DNA of 64,000 nucleotides from Candidatus Latescibacterota bacterium (GTDB taxonomy: Bacteria; Latescibacterota; UBA2968). Both the position numbers and the translations under genes were made by a program. This document shows, one piece after another, positions 1 through 10,751 of the stretch. The notes beneath the pieces are model-generated. The model did no database searches, was not told where the DNA came from, and saw only the letters and a program-made list of their open reading frames with translations. The first letter of the stretch is position 1; each line of letters opens with the position of its first letter. The stretch lies in the NCBI GenBank assembly GCA_965222605.1, contig OZ244960.1, positions 3,488,001-3,552,000 on the forward strand, read 5' to 3'.

Positions 1-1797
1 ATCCACAATGGGCACGTTTCGCCAGCGCGTCAGCGAATTGTAGTGGTTCCAGATGACCTGGTCCATGGCGCGACCAAAGGATTTGCCGGGCGCGAGGACT
101 TCATATCGCACGCCCAAATTGACGATCAGGCCCTCAAATTCCATTTTATCCTGGACGTAAGCCGAATAAGTCGCAGGATTAAAGGGATCCATACCCACGA
201 TGGGGTCGCCCTGGCCCAGCAAGCGGATATTGCGTTCGCGAGTTGTGTTATAGACCACATCTTGCTGTTCGATGCTGTTGCGGATGATCTCAAAACCGGC
301 TTTTACAAAATGCCCCCGCGTCACCTGGCTGGACAAGTCGCCTTTTAGCAGGATTCGCGTGCGTCGCGCCCAGCTAAAGGCGTGGATATCTCGCGTGCCG
401 TAAAATCCGTTTGCACCGCGGACGATATCCGTTGTCACTGCCGGCACGTCGCTGGTATCGAGGGATGTGCGCTGGAAAGACACGCGGACTTCGTAAAATG
501 TTTTGGGCGATACGGTGTGTGTCAAGACGCCGTAAAATACCTGATCGTTGCGCGGCGACTTGCCCGAGGAGCTATATCCTGCGGGCAGGAAGAGGTTGCG
601 CCCGCTTTCCGAGATGCCGCGTACCCCGCCCGGTGGCACGCCCGTGGTTGCGCCGCCCGGACCGCGCACCACCCTGGTCGCGCCGTTGTTGAACCCGTCT
701 TTGTACACCCATGTGGTGCCGAGCTTAAATTTGTATTTGTCACCCGGTCGATAGGTCGCATTGGCCGATGTGTTCAGGTTAAAGGGTGCGTGATTGGCTG
801 GGCCTGGAAAAACAGATGCCTGCCGATCTGTATAGGTACTGAGAAAGAATCCGAGTTGTGGATTAATCGGTCCCGAAACATTGCCTTCCAAAAAATGCCC
901 CAACGCTTTATCGTAATCTGAGCGCGTTGCATCTATATTGGGATTGCCGGTATCCGGGGTGTTGCCCTCCAGAAGCGGACTGTCATAGACATTCGCGCCC
1001 CAGTGCTTTCTGCCCGGCAGGGTCAGGCGGTATTCGCCCAGCCCGCCGTAGCGCTCTTTGGCCTCGCGGCTCACCAGGCTGATCACACCGCCTTGTGCAT
1101 TGCCGTATTCGGCATTCATGCCGCCGGTGACAACGGCGACTTCTTGCAATGCCCCGCGCGCGAGACTGTTGACCTGTGAAGCCGTGTTGTTTTCGGCTAC
1201 GCCATCGTCATTGGACAGGCGAATGCCGTCGATTTCCACAAAGACTTCATTGGTGCCACCGGTTACCGAGGCGGTATGGCTTGCGCGGATGCGCATGGCG
1301 CCGTCCAGGGAGACGCCCGGCTGCAACTCGATGACTTCTGCCGTATTTCGCGCAAGGGGAACCTGTTCGACCTGCTCGACGCCCACAATATAGCGACTCA
1401 CGGTCTTATCTGGCTCCACAGCAGGTCGCTCGGCAATAACTACCAGTTCGCCGAGTTCTACGGCGGCTTCTTGCAGTACGATATTCACTGTGGTGGTCAA
1501 TTCGACCTGCACCAGCACGTTTTGAATATTTTCGGTGCGGTAGCCCACCAGGGACGCTTCTGCTTCATATACGCCCGGATCGACAGCTAATATTAAAAAG
1601 TAGCCATCTGCATCGGTCACGGCACCGCGCCGCGTGCCCTGTACGACCACGTTGACGCCGGGTAGCGGCCCACCTTGAGCGTCTTTCACCACACCTGTAA
1701 CTTTTCCTGTTGTAGCTGCCATCCCATCGCCTGGATGGAAGACGCATATTGCGCCGACCAGGATCAGGAGACAGCCCAAACGAATGTTAAAACGCAT
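1..1797 (-). CDS. TonB-dependent receptor, 5' part (gene continues beyond window start)
   Basis: ATG at 1797 with GGAGG RBS. Manual translation gives MRFNIRLGCLLILVGAICVFHPGDGMAATTGKVTGVVKDAQGGPLPGVNVVVQGTRRGAVTDADGYFLILAVDPG..., a signal peptide plus CarboxypepD_reg-like and plug domains. It is a close paralog of 10801-13824. Confidence 0.9.
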   Translation of the reverse strand, partial: MRFNIRLGCLLILVGAICVFHPGDGMAATTGKVTGVVKDAQGGPLPGVNVVVQGTRRGAVTDADGYFLILAVDPGVYEAEASLVGYRTENIQNVLVQVELTTTVNIVLQEAAVELGELVVIAERPAVEPDKTVSRYIVGVEQVEQVPLARNTAEVIELQPGVSLDGAMRIRASHTASVTGGTNEVFVEIDGIRLSNDDGVAENNTASQVNSLARGALQEVAVVTGGMNAEYGNAQGGVISLVSREAKERYGGLGEYRLTLPGRKHWGANVYDSPLLEGNTPDTGNPNIDATRSDYDKALGHFLEGNVSGPINPQLGFFLSTYTDRQASVFPGPANHAPFNLNTSANATYRPGDKYKFKLGTTWVYKDGFNNGATRVVRGPGGATTGVPPGGVRGISESGRNLFLPAGYSSSGKSPRNDQVFYGVLTHTVSPKTFYEVRVSFQRTSLDTSDVPAVTTDIVRGANGFYGTRDIHAFSWARRTRILLKGDLSSQVTRGHFVKAGFEIIRNSIEQQDVVYNTTRERNIRLLGQGDPIVGMDPFNPATYSAYVQDKMEFEGLIVNLGVRYEVLAPGKSFGRAMDQVIWNHYNSLTRWRNVPIVD

Positions 1798-1812
1798 GCT
1801 GAACCTCCGTTA

Positions 1813-2511
1813 CTATTTTGGGAAATACAACTTGAGCCGAACACCCAGGTTGAGTTTGTGAAATGGAAATGCCTCTTGTAAGCCCCAGGCTTCCAGGGGT
1901 CGCACATGGCCCCAGATGACGTGGTATTGTGCCCGAAGGTCAAATGCAAAATTCTGAGAGGCGAAATATTCGACGCCCAAACCGGCGTTCACGCCCAAAG
2001 CTGTGCGAACGTCTGATTCGGGACGCTGTATCAAATTGGTATCCAGCGTTCCACTTTGACCGGGATAAATTAATCCGCTGATTTCGTTGTTGTAGTGGTA
2101 AAAGCCCGATCCGATGACGAAGTACGGCGCGCCGCCACCCGATTCCAATTTTTCCCCTCCGCCGTTGAAATGGTAAATATAGTTGGCGGTTAGTGTAAAC
2201 CAGGTCATTTCTGAACTGGCGTTGGGACTGCCGTATTCCTGCAGGTCAACTGACCACAGAAAGCTGCGGTTTTCCAGTTCTCCCGAACCGTATTTGGCAT
2301 ATCGCGCGTCCAGTTCAAATGTCCAGGTCTGGTTGTTGATGCGCGAGATCGTTCCCCCGATGTCAATCCCACCCGAGGGAAACCATTGGTTCAACTTGAA
2401 CAGCGGCACATCGTATTGCCCGGTCACCCCAACAGACCAGGTGCCGTTCACTTCTGCCACTCCCGGCCCAATAAGGGCCAGACTTAATAACGCTGCTACA
2501 ATAAATCTCAT
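1813..2511 (-). CDS. Small outer-membrane beta-barrel protein
   Basis: Signal peptide, amphipathic beta strands and C-terminal strand LGVRLKLYF. Paralog of 13842-14555; both lie directly upstream of a TBDR. Confidence 0.8.
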   Translation of the reverse strand: MRFIVAALLSLALIGPGVAEVNGTWSVGVTGQYDVPLFKLNQWFPSGGIDIGGTISRINNQTWTFELDARYAKYGSGELENRSFLWSVDLQEYGSPNASSEMTWFTLTANYIYHFNGGGEKLESGGGAPYFVIGSGFYHYNNEISGLIYPGQSGTLDTNLIQRPESDVRTALGVNAGLGVEYFASQNFAFDLRAQYHVIWGHVRPLEAWGLQEAFPFHKLNLGVRLKLYFPK

Positions 2512-2672
2512 GCAATGACCTCCTCTTTGCGGTTTGTGTGACGATTTGCATGCTGCGGGAAAAACACATCTGTTCTCAAACTATAGGCATAACCTCCTTT
2601 CGGATCTCGGATGAAAGGATCAGGTGTATTAAAGCTGATGAACCACAACGATTATTTGTTTCAAAACGACTC

Positions 2673-2701
2673 ATGTTAATACCCAAATTAAGGCGGGTCA
2701 A
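2673..2701 (-). promoter_or_regulatory. sigma70-type promoter of TBDR operon 1
   Basis: Minus strand TTGACC-N17-TAACAT, conserved almost identically at 14717-14745. Confidence 0.7.
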
Positions 2702-2757
2702 TCAAAAACGATGGCTTGTAAAAGCTATTTTGCGATTCTTTTTGGAACCTCAGGCTC

Positions 2758-5205
2758 TCACTTTTCAGGTGTTGCACCATAGACAAACATAACCTCGCGG
2801 GTGTCCTTCTGTTTGCCGACTTCGTCCGTTATGGTCACTTGCAAAATATTTACACCCGGTTTGGCTTTTTGCAAATTTAGTTCTACGTATTCTTTTTCCA
2901 CGGGATTGGAGCCGACTTGATCGTAAGCGATAGATACTTCCGGTCTTTTTCTTTGCAAGAGTGCGCGAAGTCCCGATGAGATCGCGCTGGCGACTCCTGA
3001 GGAGAATTGGGAACTGAACTTAATCTGGTATTGCACTTTGTAGCGCGTCTGGCCGAATTTGTTGCGTTTCAGATTGTAGATTTCGAAATAGGCGAATACC
3101 TGTCTGCCGCTTCCGTAAGTTCTGGATGGATGGGGGATCACCCACACATCGTCTTTCCGAAGGCGGTCGTTTTTGCCCTCTTTTTTTATAGCGAGGGCAA
3201 GCTGGATGCCGCTCACTTTAAGTTGGCCGGAACTGTAGTCGTGAATATCCACATCTTGTTTGTAAACTCCTATGCGCCCAGAGATCACATCTTTCAACTG
3301 CACTTGAAGTTGGTATTTGCCGGGGGGAACTTCCAGTTTGAGCAGATCCGGCACAAATGCCCCTTTTCGCTCATCAAACCCGTCGCTTTTTTGATAGGTG
3401 AATACATCCGCTGTGCGATAAATGTGGGTATGTTCCTCGTCTGCAAGAGCCAATGTTCCCTGTACATGGATCAGGTGATCTTTCTGCGTCTGAGAGATTT
3501 TCACCTCTGCGGGGGGCACGCCGTAATAGACTTCGAGTTGGGTCTGGCCGTTCTCGCCGCGAAAGTCCGCGAGATCGTAGTAAAAGCCCAGCGCGTCTGC
3601 ACGGATGTCTGGGCGATAAAAGTCGGGCGTTTTTGCAACTGCCTTCTGGTAAATCACGCCGGGTGTGTAGCGAATTAGTTGCACTGCCTTCTTGAGCTTG
3701 TCGTCTCCAGCGGCCCTCGGCGGCAAGGGAGCGAAATCAAAATCGCCGCGTCCCACCTCATCTGTAAACGTAAATTCCACGCCGTTCTGGAGTTTTGTAT
3801 AGGTCCAGGTTTCCCATGGTACGGATTCCTGCGGACCATCCACAGTGACGGGCGCGTAGCTGTCGAATGCCATTTTTGGTATCGGATTTCCAGAACGATC
3901 TGTAATGCCCTGATCCCGCCGAGGTGTCGCGCCGGGCGTGGCGTCGATGGGATCCAGAGAATCCAGTTCGATGTCTTCCTCATTTGAGTCGCTGGTTCCC
4001 AGCCTGGCGATATCTCCGCGGTTCACCTCGGGCGGACTGTCCGTTGTGCTAAACGGGTCGCGCCGGGTGCGAATGGGAAAGACGGGGCCGATGAAGGTCA
4101 AATACGCAGCCTGTGGTCCGTATAGATCTACGGCCATTTGCGTTCGCACGGCCTCCACTTCCGGGCTTATGATAAATTCGCGGTTGTCGGAACGGGAGCG
4201 GTAATCCGGTTCGCCAAAGCGAATATACACTTCGCCCCGCCGGTCCCAGGGATACACCTTCGTAGAGAAGAAGGTTCGGGCGAACCAGACGCGGCGATAA
4301 TGCTCGATAATGCGCTCGTTGATCGCGGTTAGAATATCGGGATCTCTACGCCTCCAGAACTGGTGTAGATAGGCGAGTCGTTCCGCTTCTTTTTCGAGCG
4401 CGGCATAAGCATGCCGTTCCTTTTCCGAAGCCACGAGGGAGATATCCGTGTAATGCGCCCTTTCCGTTTCGTCCAGTTTGAGAAGGTATCGCTCGAACAA
4501 GGCCAGAGCACGTTCGTATTTCTCCAGATAAAAGAACCCTTGAGCCACTTGTGAAATTAATCTCGTTTCCCCTGGATCTCGCGCCAGATAGGGCGCGAGA
4601 TACTGTTCAATGAGATCAAATCGTTTGGCCTGGATGCACGCAAGCCCGAAGTAATAAAGTCCATCTGGATTGTCTGGCTCCTTTTCAACGTATTGCAGGT
4701 AGTACACGATCGCCTTTTCGTGATCGTCTCGGAATCGCTCATAGATTTCACCCAAAAGGCGATATGCCGGTGAGTATGTGGAATCAATTTTAGTCGCGCG
4801 TTTGGCCTCGCCCAAGGCTTTGCGGAAGTTTTGCAGCGCGCCCATTCCCCTGGCGGGACGTTCGGCATAGGTCAACCCAACACCGACGTAGGCTTCGGGG
4901 AGATCCGGGTTGAGTTCTTTGGCCTTTTCATAGGCGGCCTCAGCGGCGTCGTAATCGGCATTGGATAGATGTGCATAGCCCAATCGGGTTCTCAAATAGG
5001 CGTCTTTGGGATAGGATTGCGTGAGTCTCGTGAAGATCTCGATAGCGAGATCGAGTTCTCGGTTCAAAATTTTCTCCTCACCGAGGGCCACGAGCGAATC
5101 TCGCTCGGCGTCTGTGAGCGACACGGGTGGATTAGTCCCTTCAGATGGGGAAGCAAGGAACACAATACCAATGATTGCAAAGAGACGCAGATTTTGGAGT
5201 CTCAT
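2758..5205 (-). CDS. Secreted TPR + GWxTD-domain protein with C-terminal Ig-like domains
   Basis: Signal peptide and TPRs, then FWRRRDPD..T..NE...EHYRRVWFA...PWDRRGEVYIRFGEPD. ATG 5205 has an AGGTGAT SD; GTG 5247, overlapping the upstream stop, is an alternative start. Confidence 0.85.
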   Translation of the reverse strand: MRLQNLRLFAIIGIVFLASPSEGTNPPVSLTDAERDSLVALGEEKILNRELDLAIEIFTRLTQSYPKDAYLRTRLGYAHLSNADYDAAEAAYEKAKELNPDLPEAYVGVGLTYAERPARGMGALQNFRKALGEAKRATKIDSTYSPAYRLLGEIYERFRDDHEKAIVYYLQYVEKEPDNPDGLYYFGLACIQAKRFDLIEQYLAPYLARDPGETRLISQVAQGFFYLEKYERALALFERYLLKLDETERAHYTDISLVASEKERHAYAALEKEAERLAYLHQFWRRRDPDILTAINERIIEHYRRVWFARTFFSTKVYPWDRRGEVYIRFGEPDYRSRSDNREFIISPEVEAVRTQMAVDLYGPQAAYLTFIGPVFPIRTRRDPFSTTDSPPEVNRGDIARLGTSDSNEEDIELDSLDPIDATPGATPRRDQGITDRSGNPIPKMAFDSYAPVTVDGPQESVPWETWTYTKLQNGVEFTFTDEVGRGDFDFAPLPPRAAGDDKLKKAVQLIRYTPGVIYQKAVAKTPDFYRPDIRADALGFYYDLADFRGENGQTQLEVYYGVPPAEVKISQTQKDHLIHVQGTLALADEEHTHIYRTADVFTYQKSDGFDERKGAFVPDLLKLEVPPGKYQLQVQLKDVISGRIGVYKQDVDIHDYSSGQLKVSGIQLALAIKKEGKNDRLRKDDVWVIPHPSRTYGSGRQVFAYFEIYNLKRNKFGQTRYKVQYQIKFSSQFSSGVASAISSGLRALLQRKRPEVSIAYDQVGSNPVEKEYVELNLQKAKPGVNILQVTITDEVGKQKDTREVMFVYGATPEK

Positions 5206-5243
5206 GATGATCACCTGCCATGGTTTGAAAGTGAATGCTTTTC

Positions 5244-7226
5244 TCACCAGTTATGAACTTCGTGTCCCTGTCCCGACCACAGGGTTGCATCGACGATAAA
5301 AGACCATACAACCCCTGCCGTATAGCCGACAAGCAGCCCGAGAAAGACGGGTGTTGCTTTGCGGTAAAGCTGAACACCGCCGACAGCCATGATGATGGTC
5401 TTGCACCCCCAGGCGATAAAAATTGGCATCACATAGTGAGCCGTGTTATCCGCCGACGAGAGGGCCAATCCTATGGGGTGTATCTGCCACCAGCGAAAAC
5501 GATATCTGAGGAATGTCAACAATGCCATCAACGCGGCGCCAATGCCAAAGAAAACCATTCTCGCCGGGTCTGGCGCTTTGGGGGTTCTCATTTGTGATAG
5601 CGTAGAGGCAAACACCCTCTTCGGATCGCCGCTGAAAAACGGAAATCTGGGAAAATTGTATGCCCCGTGCGAATAGCCCAGGTAGAGCGTGTAGAGTACC
5701 GATGCGGCCAGGCCGAGCAACACGCCAATACCAACCCAGACGAGTAGCGCGCGCCGGTTGCCGCGAATTAGATCTCCCAATTTCACGGAATGGGCAACGC
5801 CCGGCGCGAACAGGCCGCGCATGTAATCAACCAGCGAATAAGACAGTGCGATTGCAGCCAGGCTCGCATTTGAAATGGCATAGGTACCCCGCATATCCAT
5901 AACAAATGCTTGTGGCGTGATAGTTGCCCCGGAATAGACGATCCCCGCTTCACAAACCACCCTTGCCAGGCCGATATAAATGACACCGGCGGCTGCGAGA
6001 TAGATTGTTGCTGTGGCGAGATCCATCCCAACTTGATGAAGCCAGAAAATTATGTAGGCCAGGCTACTCAGAAGCGCGAAAACAGAAGTTCGGTAGGAGA
6101 GTACCTCTCCACTGTCATTCACGCGATGTTGGGAAGAAAAGGCCCTGGCAAATACATCCCGCAAATGGTGGCGTGCCACCCACAGCCGCCATACCACCAT
6201 GGCAGCCAACGCCCCAAAACACTGCCACGCCTCTGTGGGGGGATCCGCGCTGAAGGAATCGGTTGATCTCTCGATCTGATACCCCAGGCGGTTGAAAATG
6301 CCGCCTTCTACGACGTGCAATAAAAAAAAGAACCAGACTGAAAACAACACCTGCGTGTTGGCGAAATACGCAAATCCGATGGTGAACAGATTGAGAGGCT
6401 CCATAACGACCACGGGGGAGTACCGCGTGAATCGAAAATCGCCCGCATTGGGAAAAATGTTCAGTGCCGGAACAAGGGGGAAAGACCACGATACCGTATT
6501 CCAAAAGAACAATGCGAAAGCAATGATTGCCGGGATCCAGAACAACTTTCCCCGCATGAACTCGGGGATCAATTTCTTCGCCCCGGCATCTTGCGCCATT
6601 TCAAGTGGAACCGCAACAAGGGGATAGACCAGTTTCTCATTGTCCGACCACTGTTTGCGGAGGATCACCATCGTGCTGGCCGACAGGGCGAAGACAGCGA
6701 GGATAAAAGTTGCCCACCACGCCAATGGCGCGACCCAAACTCCCCAGGGTATTGACGCGCCCAGAGGCAGCCCTTCAAAGAATGTGCGGAGGGCTTCTGG
6801 TTCTGTTGGCACCACCCATGAATTTAGATGCGGATGATAAAATTCCGCCCACCGATTTTCCGGGGTGGAAAAATAGATCGGGGTTGCAATCACCCCGATT
6901 AAAAAACCCGTGATGCCAGAGGCGGGCACTACGCAACCGACCATGCCAATGGCGACGATCGCCAGCAACTCGGAGGGGGAAAATGCAATCCGAGGACTGC
7001 ACATTTTGAGAAATGGGTTGGCGACAGCCACCAGAATGAGAAACACGGCCATGAGCGTGAGTTGGAAATAACTCAGATTCAGACGGGAGGAATGCACGAC
7101 CGTTTCTGCATACGTTACCCACAAATTGATGAAAACCACGATCCCCAGTCCCAACACCACCGAGCGGAATGTGAGGCCGCGTTCTGCTGGTGCGGGTGTT
7201 GTGGTTTTCTCCTTTGAACGCATCAT
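5244..7226 (-). CDS. Polytopic inner-membrane protein, DUF6785/DUF6784 family (putative OPT-like transporter)
   Basis: About 660 aa with many TM segments; motifs LRKQW...EKLVYPL and RFRWWQIHPIG. Confidence 0.7.
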   Translation of the reverse strand: MMRSKEKTTTPAPAERGLTFRSVVLGLGIVVFINLWVTYAETVVHSSRLNLSYFQLTLMAVFLILVAVANPFLKMCSPRIAFSPSELLAIVAIGMVGCVVPASGITGFLIGVIATPIYFSTPENRWAEFYHPHLNSWVVPTEPEALRTFFEGLPLGASIPWGVWVAPLAWWATFILAVFALSASTMVILRKQWSDNEKLVYPLVAVPLEMAQDAGAKKLIPEFMRGKLFWIPAIIAFALFFWNTVSWSFPLVPALNIFPNAGDFRFTRYSPVVVMEPLNLFTIGFAYFANTQVLFSVWFFFLLHVVEGGIFNRLGYQIERSTDSFSADPPTEAWQCFGALAAMVVWRLWVARHHLRDVFARAFSSQHRVNDSGEVLSYRTSVFALLSSLAYIIFWLHQVGMDLATATIYLAAAGVIYIGLARVVCEAGIVYSGATITPQAFVMDMRGTYAISNASLAAIALSYSLVDYMRGLFAPGVAHSVKLGDLIRGNRRALLVWVGIGVLLGLAASVLYTLYLGYSHGAYNFPRFPFFSGDPKRVFASTLSQMRTPKAPDPARMVFFGIGAALMALLTFLRYRFRWWQIHPIGLALSSADNTAHYVMPIFIAWGCKTIIMAVGGVQLYRKATPVFLGLLVGYTAGVVWSFIVDATLWSGQGHEVHNW

Positions 7227-7240
7227 TTCCAATCCACATA

Positions 7241-7292
7241 AAAAAATGAGACTCCGCCCGAAGCCGGACGGGCATCCGTTTCGAGCGGAGTC
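7241..7292 (-). terminator. Intrinsic terminator/attenuator-like hairpin between porV-like gene and DUF6785
   Basis: GACTCCGC...GCGGAGTC stem followed on the minus strand by a T-run. Confidence 0.55.
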
Positions 7293-7333
7293 GTATATTC
7301 AGCAAGCTGGCGTTTGGCCCGGCTCAAGCCCTC

Positions 7334-8344
7334 CTAAAACGAACCCGAAAGGCTGATGCGCAAAGGCGGGTCGAACAAGTCGCCGAAGTCGCTGTAGGAA
7401 ATATCCAGGCCGATGTTGCGCCCTGAAAAATCCCCTTTCAGGCCAGCGCCAACGCTCCAGGATTCGCTGTCGTATTTGAATTTATATCCCGCTCGCAGCG
7501 CGACCATATTGGCGAGCCAAAATTCGCCGCCCAGGTTCCAGCGTTGCAACCGGTCGGTAAAATACGCCCCTTCAAATGCCACGGTCAATGAAGTCGGGTC
7601 GCCCAGGTTCCCGTATAACTCCATCGCTACGCCAAGGTGGAAGGTGAGGGGCATCTCCGATTTCTCACTCACGATTTCCTGCTCGCCTCCCAGATTTTTC
7701 AGATTCATTCCCAGGCGCAAGCTCCGAAATCCGGTGTACATCAGCGAGTTCACATTGATGGAAACCGCTTTAAGCGTAACATCCGCCAGTTTGGACTGGA
7801 TATACCGAATGGTGCCGCCGGCTGATAGCTTATCCGTCAACTGGTAGGCATACGTCGCGCCAATGGCCATATCGCCTACGGTCACGTTTCGCCCCGTGCC
7901 ATCGGGTTGCATTGTGGTGGTTTCCATAAATGTGGGCGGTTGGAAGTTCACGAGAGAGAGGCCCACCACGCCCCAACTGCCGGTATTATACACAACAGCA
8001 CCCGAGTAAAACGCGGAATCAACCAGCCATTTTGCGTAACCAAATGCATAACCGAACTTGTTGATTTTCGTGGTCCCGGCCGGGTTCCAAACAATGCCGT
8101 CCATGCCGTCGGCCACGGCTGTAAATGCATCTCCCATGCCCGATACGCGGGCATTTGTAGATACTTTTAAGAATTGGAATGTCGATGGCTTGATCTTGTT
8201 CCGGCCGTCCAGGGTCAGAAAATCATCCTCTGCATTGGGAAATAAGGACTGACCGATTGCAGGTTGCGCTGTGCAGACCGCCAAAAACGCGATTGCGAGA
8301 AGCGGTATGCAACTTCGACAGAGGTTCAACAACATCCGTTTCAT
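7334..8344 (-). CDS. PorV/PorQ-family (UPF0164-like) outer-membrane barrel
   Basis: FQFLKVSTNARVSGMGDAFTAVADGMDGIVWNPAG motif and C-terminal Phe. Confidence 0.85.
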   Translation of the reverse strand: MKRMLLNLCRSCIPLLAIAFLAVCTAQPAIGQSLFPNAEDDFLTLDGRNKIKPSTFQFLKVSTNARVSGMGDAFTAVADGMDGIVWNPAGTTKINKFGYAFGYAKWLVDSAFYSGAVVYNTGSWGVVGLSLVNFQPPTFMETTTMQPDGTGRNVTVGDMAIGATYAYQLTDKLSAGGTIRYIQSKLADVTLKAVSINVNSLMYTGFRSLRLGMNLKNLGGEQEIVSEKSEMPLTFHLGVAMELYGNLGDPTSLTVAFEGAYFTDRLQRWNLGGEFWLANMVALRAGYKFKYDSESWSVGAGLKGDFSGRNIGLDISYSDFGDLFDPPLRISLSGSF

Positions 8345-8377
8345 AGCTGTTTATCCTTTTTTTGAGGTCCAAAACCA

Positions 8378-10729
8378 CTACCGGTGAATCACAAATGCGC
8401 CTTTGGATTTTTTGCCCATGCTGGCTGGCATTAGAGACTCGACCACAAAGAAATAAAGGGCCGAGGTCGCCTCGCCGGTCAAAAAGCGATCTTTTAGCAG
8501 CCAGGCCGCCTCGCCAGCGTTGGGATCGTCGTGATCGATCACCTGAATCAGGTCGCCGGATACGGTAAAAATGGAAATCCGCGATTTGCGGGGGACGCCC
8601 AGGAAACGCAGCTTTTTCGATCCCTGATAGTTGGCTTCTTCCAGACTTAGATCAAACGGATTGGGCACCACTACTACGGGGTTGGACAGCGCGTCTGCAT
8701 CGTCATTTGCCGCCAAAATTGGGGTTCCCGGCACAACCATGCGTTGCTCGGCAGCCGACCAACCGCCCTCCAGCCCATTCTCCAGGTGTGCCCGAACAGT
8801 TGGGGGGAGATCGTTGATGGTCATTCCAGTGGAATTGGACCAGTTGGTCTTGGGTGTGGCATAGGATCTCACGCTATAACCAAACGAAAATCCAGCCAGA
8901 GACTCTTCATCTACCCAGGAGTATTTCCCTCCGCTGTCAGACCCTTTCGGAATATCGGCTTTGAGGATCCACGGCCCGGTCTCTTGCCAGATTGACCGGT
9001 AAACCCGATATCCCGCAACATCTGCCATGCCGTAGTCGGGATGGATCGCATTATCAGCGGTATTGGGCCACTCCAGTACGATCTTTGCCTGCGCGTTGCT
9101 GGTCTGGAAAAACTCCACATCCGGTGGGGAGTCGGGAACATCGAACCCGGCGTTATACACAAATTGAGCGTGATCGAGGTGTCGAAGCATAGCTTCTTCG
9201 CCCCGGGACAGTCTCTGCTTCCGTTCATCATCGCCCACATTTCCAAAGTTGAACGACCATTGAATCATATCGTGCGGATAGCCGGTTTCCGTGCTCGAGG
9301 CCATATCTGCGGCTGAACCGAATCCATAGACCACCACCACTTTGGCCTTCTCGCCGGGCGCGAGGTTATAAGGTCCCCAGATCTGGTCGCTCCACTGCAT
9401 CTGTTCCGACGTCGGGTCGGGTGTGTTAGGCCCTGTGAAGATGTCGTATTGATCTGTCATACTCACCGATCCGCGCGTTGGATCGTCGATATTGCGCCGC
9501 GCGTGTGCGGTGTACCAATGCGAAAGCGGATCGCCCTGCGGATCTACAAAGCCCTCTGCTGCGTCTGCTGCGTTGAAGGTGTGACTCGGCCCAGTGTTGC
9601 GGAATGCCAGCGGAGCCATAAACTGATAGGCCAGCGAAATTGGCGTTCCTTCGGGCCGTGCCGTGCTGTTTGGAAAGTCGCCGCCGCCGTTTTCGAGGTC
9701 TCTGTAATACGGGTCGCCCGTATCTTCTTCAAAGCTGGCGTTGGTATTTCCATCCCACTGGTAGTTGATGAATTTTCCCTGGAACTGAGAGGCAGATAAT
9801 CCACTGAGGGGATTCGGCGTAAAATTGGGTGACTCGGTATATTTGTACCAGTCGTCCATTCCCCCCGGCGCGCGCCGATACCGCACCAACCCACCTTCGT
9901 GGCCCCAGCGATACGATGTGCCGTGGTTGTTGACATAAAATGTGTTCATCACCCCGAAATACGTATCGTTCAACTGCTTGTTACCGCGGTTTTCGAACTC
10001 GAGTTCGAGGATAAAGAAATCGTCAAAATCCTGATGGCTATAGGAGTGCGCTTTTCGCGTGACCCACACATCGTGCCTGGTTGACCACTGTGAAATGTGG
10101 ATCTCTTCTCCCGCCGTCTGCACGGGTGGATAAATGCTGTAATTGAAGTTGTGAATCTCGTAGGGGCGGCTCTGTGTGCGATCCACACTTTGGGGCGATG
10201 CGCCGCTCCACCAGTTGGATTTTATCATCCCGGGATTCACACCCCGGTCGGGCACGACGGTCGGGATGCCCCAGGTCGCCTCTTTCTGGTTTTGAATATC
10301 GTAAATTTGTGGTTCGACATCTTCGGTGGGCGTGCGCGGTCCCGTTACCGAGACAAATTTTTCACCGTCAACATGGGTCAACACCAGCACGCCTTCTCCG
10401 GCCGAGTGCATATTCGCTTCCGCTTTCTGCTCGGAGTGTCCCCAGCCCTTGCTGCCCCAGTATTCTTCGAACTCCTCTGTCCCCAGCAGGGCATACAGCG
10501 CATAAGTATTGCCCGGGTAGGACATCCGCATCATCACGCGACCTGGCGTCACGTGGTAATGCATGCCCGAGGTGCCCCAGTTTGTAAATGAGATCCAAAC
10601 CAGGGAGCGGGTCATGTGTCGGGCTGTTGAGTAGGGAACTTGTGCCGCGGATTGCAACGCGCCGACAAGCACCAGCACCACAGATAGCAGGCCAAGTCCC
10701 ATCCATCTTTTTACGTGATCACTGAACAT
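8378..10729 (-). CDS. Secreted protein with FN3-like domain and T9SS/FlgD-type C-terminal sorting domain
   Basis: Signal peptide; GYRVYRS FN3-like segment; C-terminus VVPNPF...LRFLGVP..SRISIFTVSGDLI...ALYFFVVE...FVIHR. Confidence 0.8.
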   Translation of the reverse strand: MFSDHVKRWMGLGLLSVVLVLVGALQSAAQVPYSTARHMTRSLVWISFTNWGTSGMHYHVTPGRVMMRMSYPGNTYALYALLGTEEFEEYWGSKGWGHSEQKAEANMHSAGEGVLVLTHVDGEKFVSVTGPRTPTEDVEPQIYDIQNQKEATWGIPTVVPDRGVNPGMIKSNWWSGASPQSVDRTQSRPYEIHNFNYSIYPPVQTAGEEIHISQWSTRHDVWVTRKAHSYSHQDFDDFFILELEFENRGNKQLNDTYFGVMNTFYVNNHGTSYRWGHEGGLVRYRRAPGGMDDWYKYTESPNFTPNPLSGLSASQFQGKFINYQWDGNTNASFEEDTGDPYYRDLENGGGDFPNSTARPEGTPISLAYQFMAPLAFRNTGPSHTFNAADAAEGFVDPQGDPLSHWYTAHARRNIDDPTRGSVSMTDQYDIFTGPNTPDPTSEQMQWSDQIWGPYNLAPGEKAKVVVVYGFGSAADMASSTETGYPHDMIQWSFNFGNVGDDERKQRLSRGEEAMLRHLDHAQFVYNAGFDVPDSPPDVEFFQTSNAQAKIVLEWPNTADNAIHPDYGMADVAGYRVYRSIWQETGPWILKADIPKGSDSGGKYSWVDEESLAGFSFGYSVRSYATPKTNWSNSTGMTINDLPPTVRAHLENGLEGGWSAAEQRMVVPGTPILAANDDADALSNPVVVVPNPFDLSLEEANYQGSKKLRFLGVPRKSRISIFTVSGDLIQVIDHDDPNAGEAAWLLKDRFLTGEATSALYFFVVESLMPASMGKKSKGAFVIHR

Positions 10730-10751
10730 GGAGAATATACCTCCTGATTAT

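Noticed and set aside
2605-2650. CTGATGA and GAAA (also ~14635-14682) suggesting a hammerhead ribozyme
   Set aside because: Stems II/III and the UH cleavage triplet cannot be formed, and the motifs lie on the non-transcribed strand.
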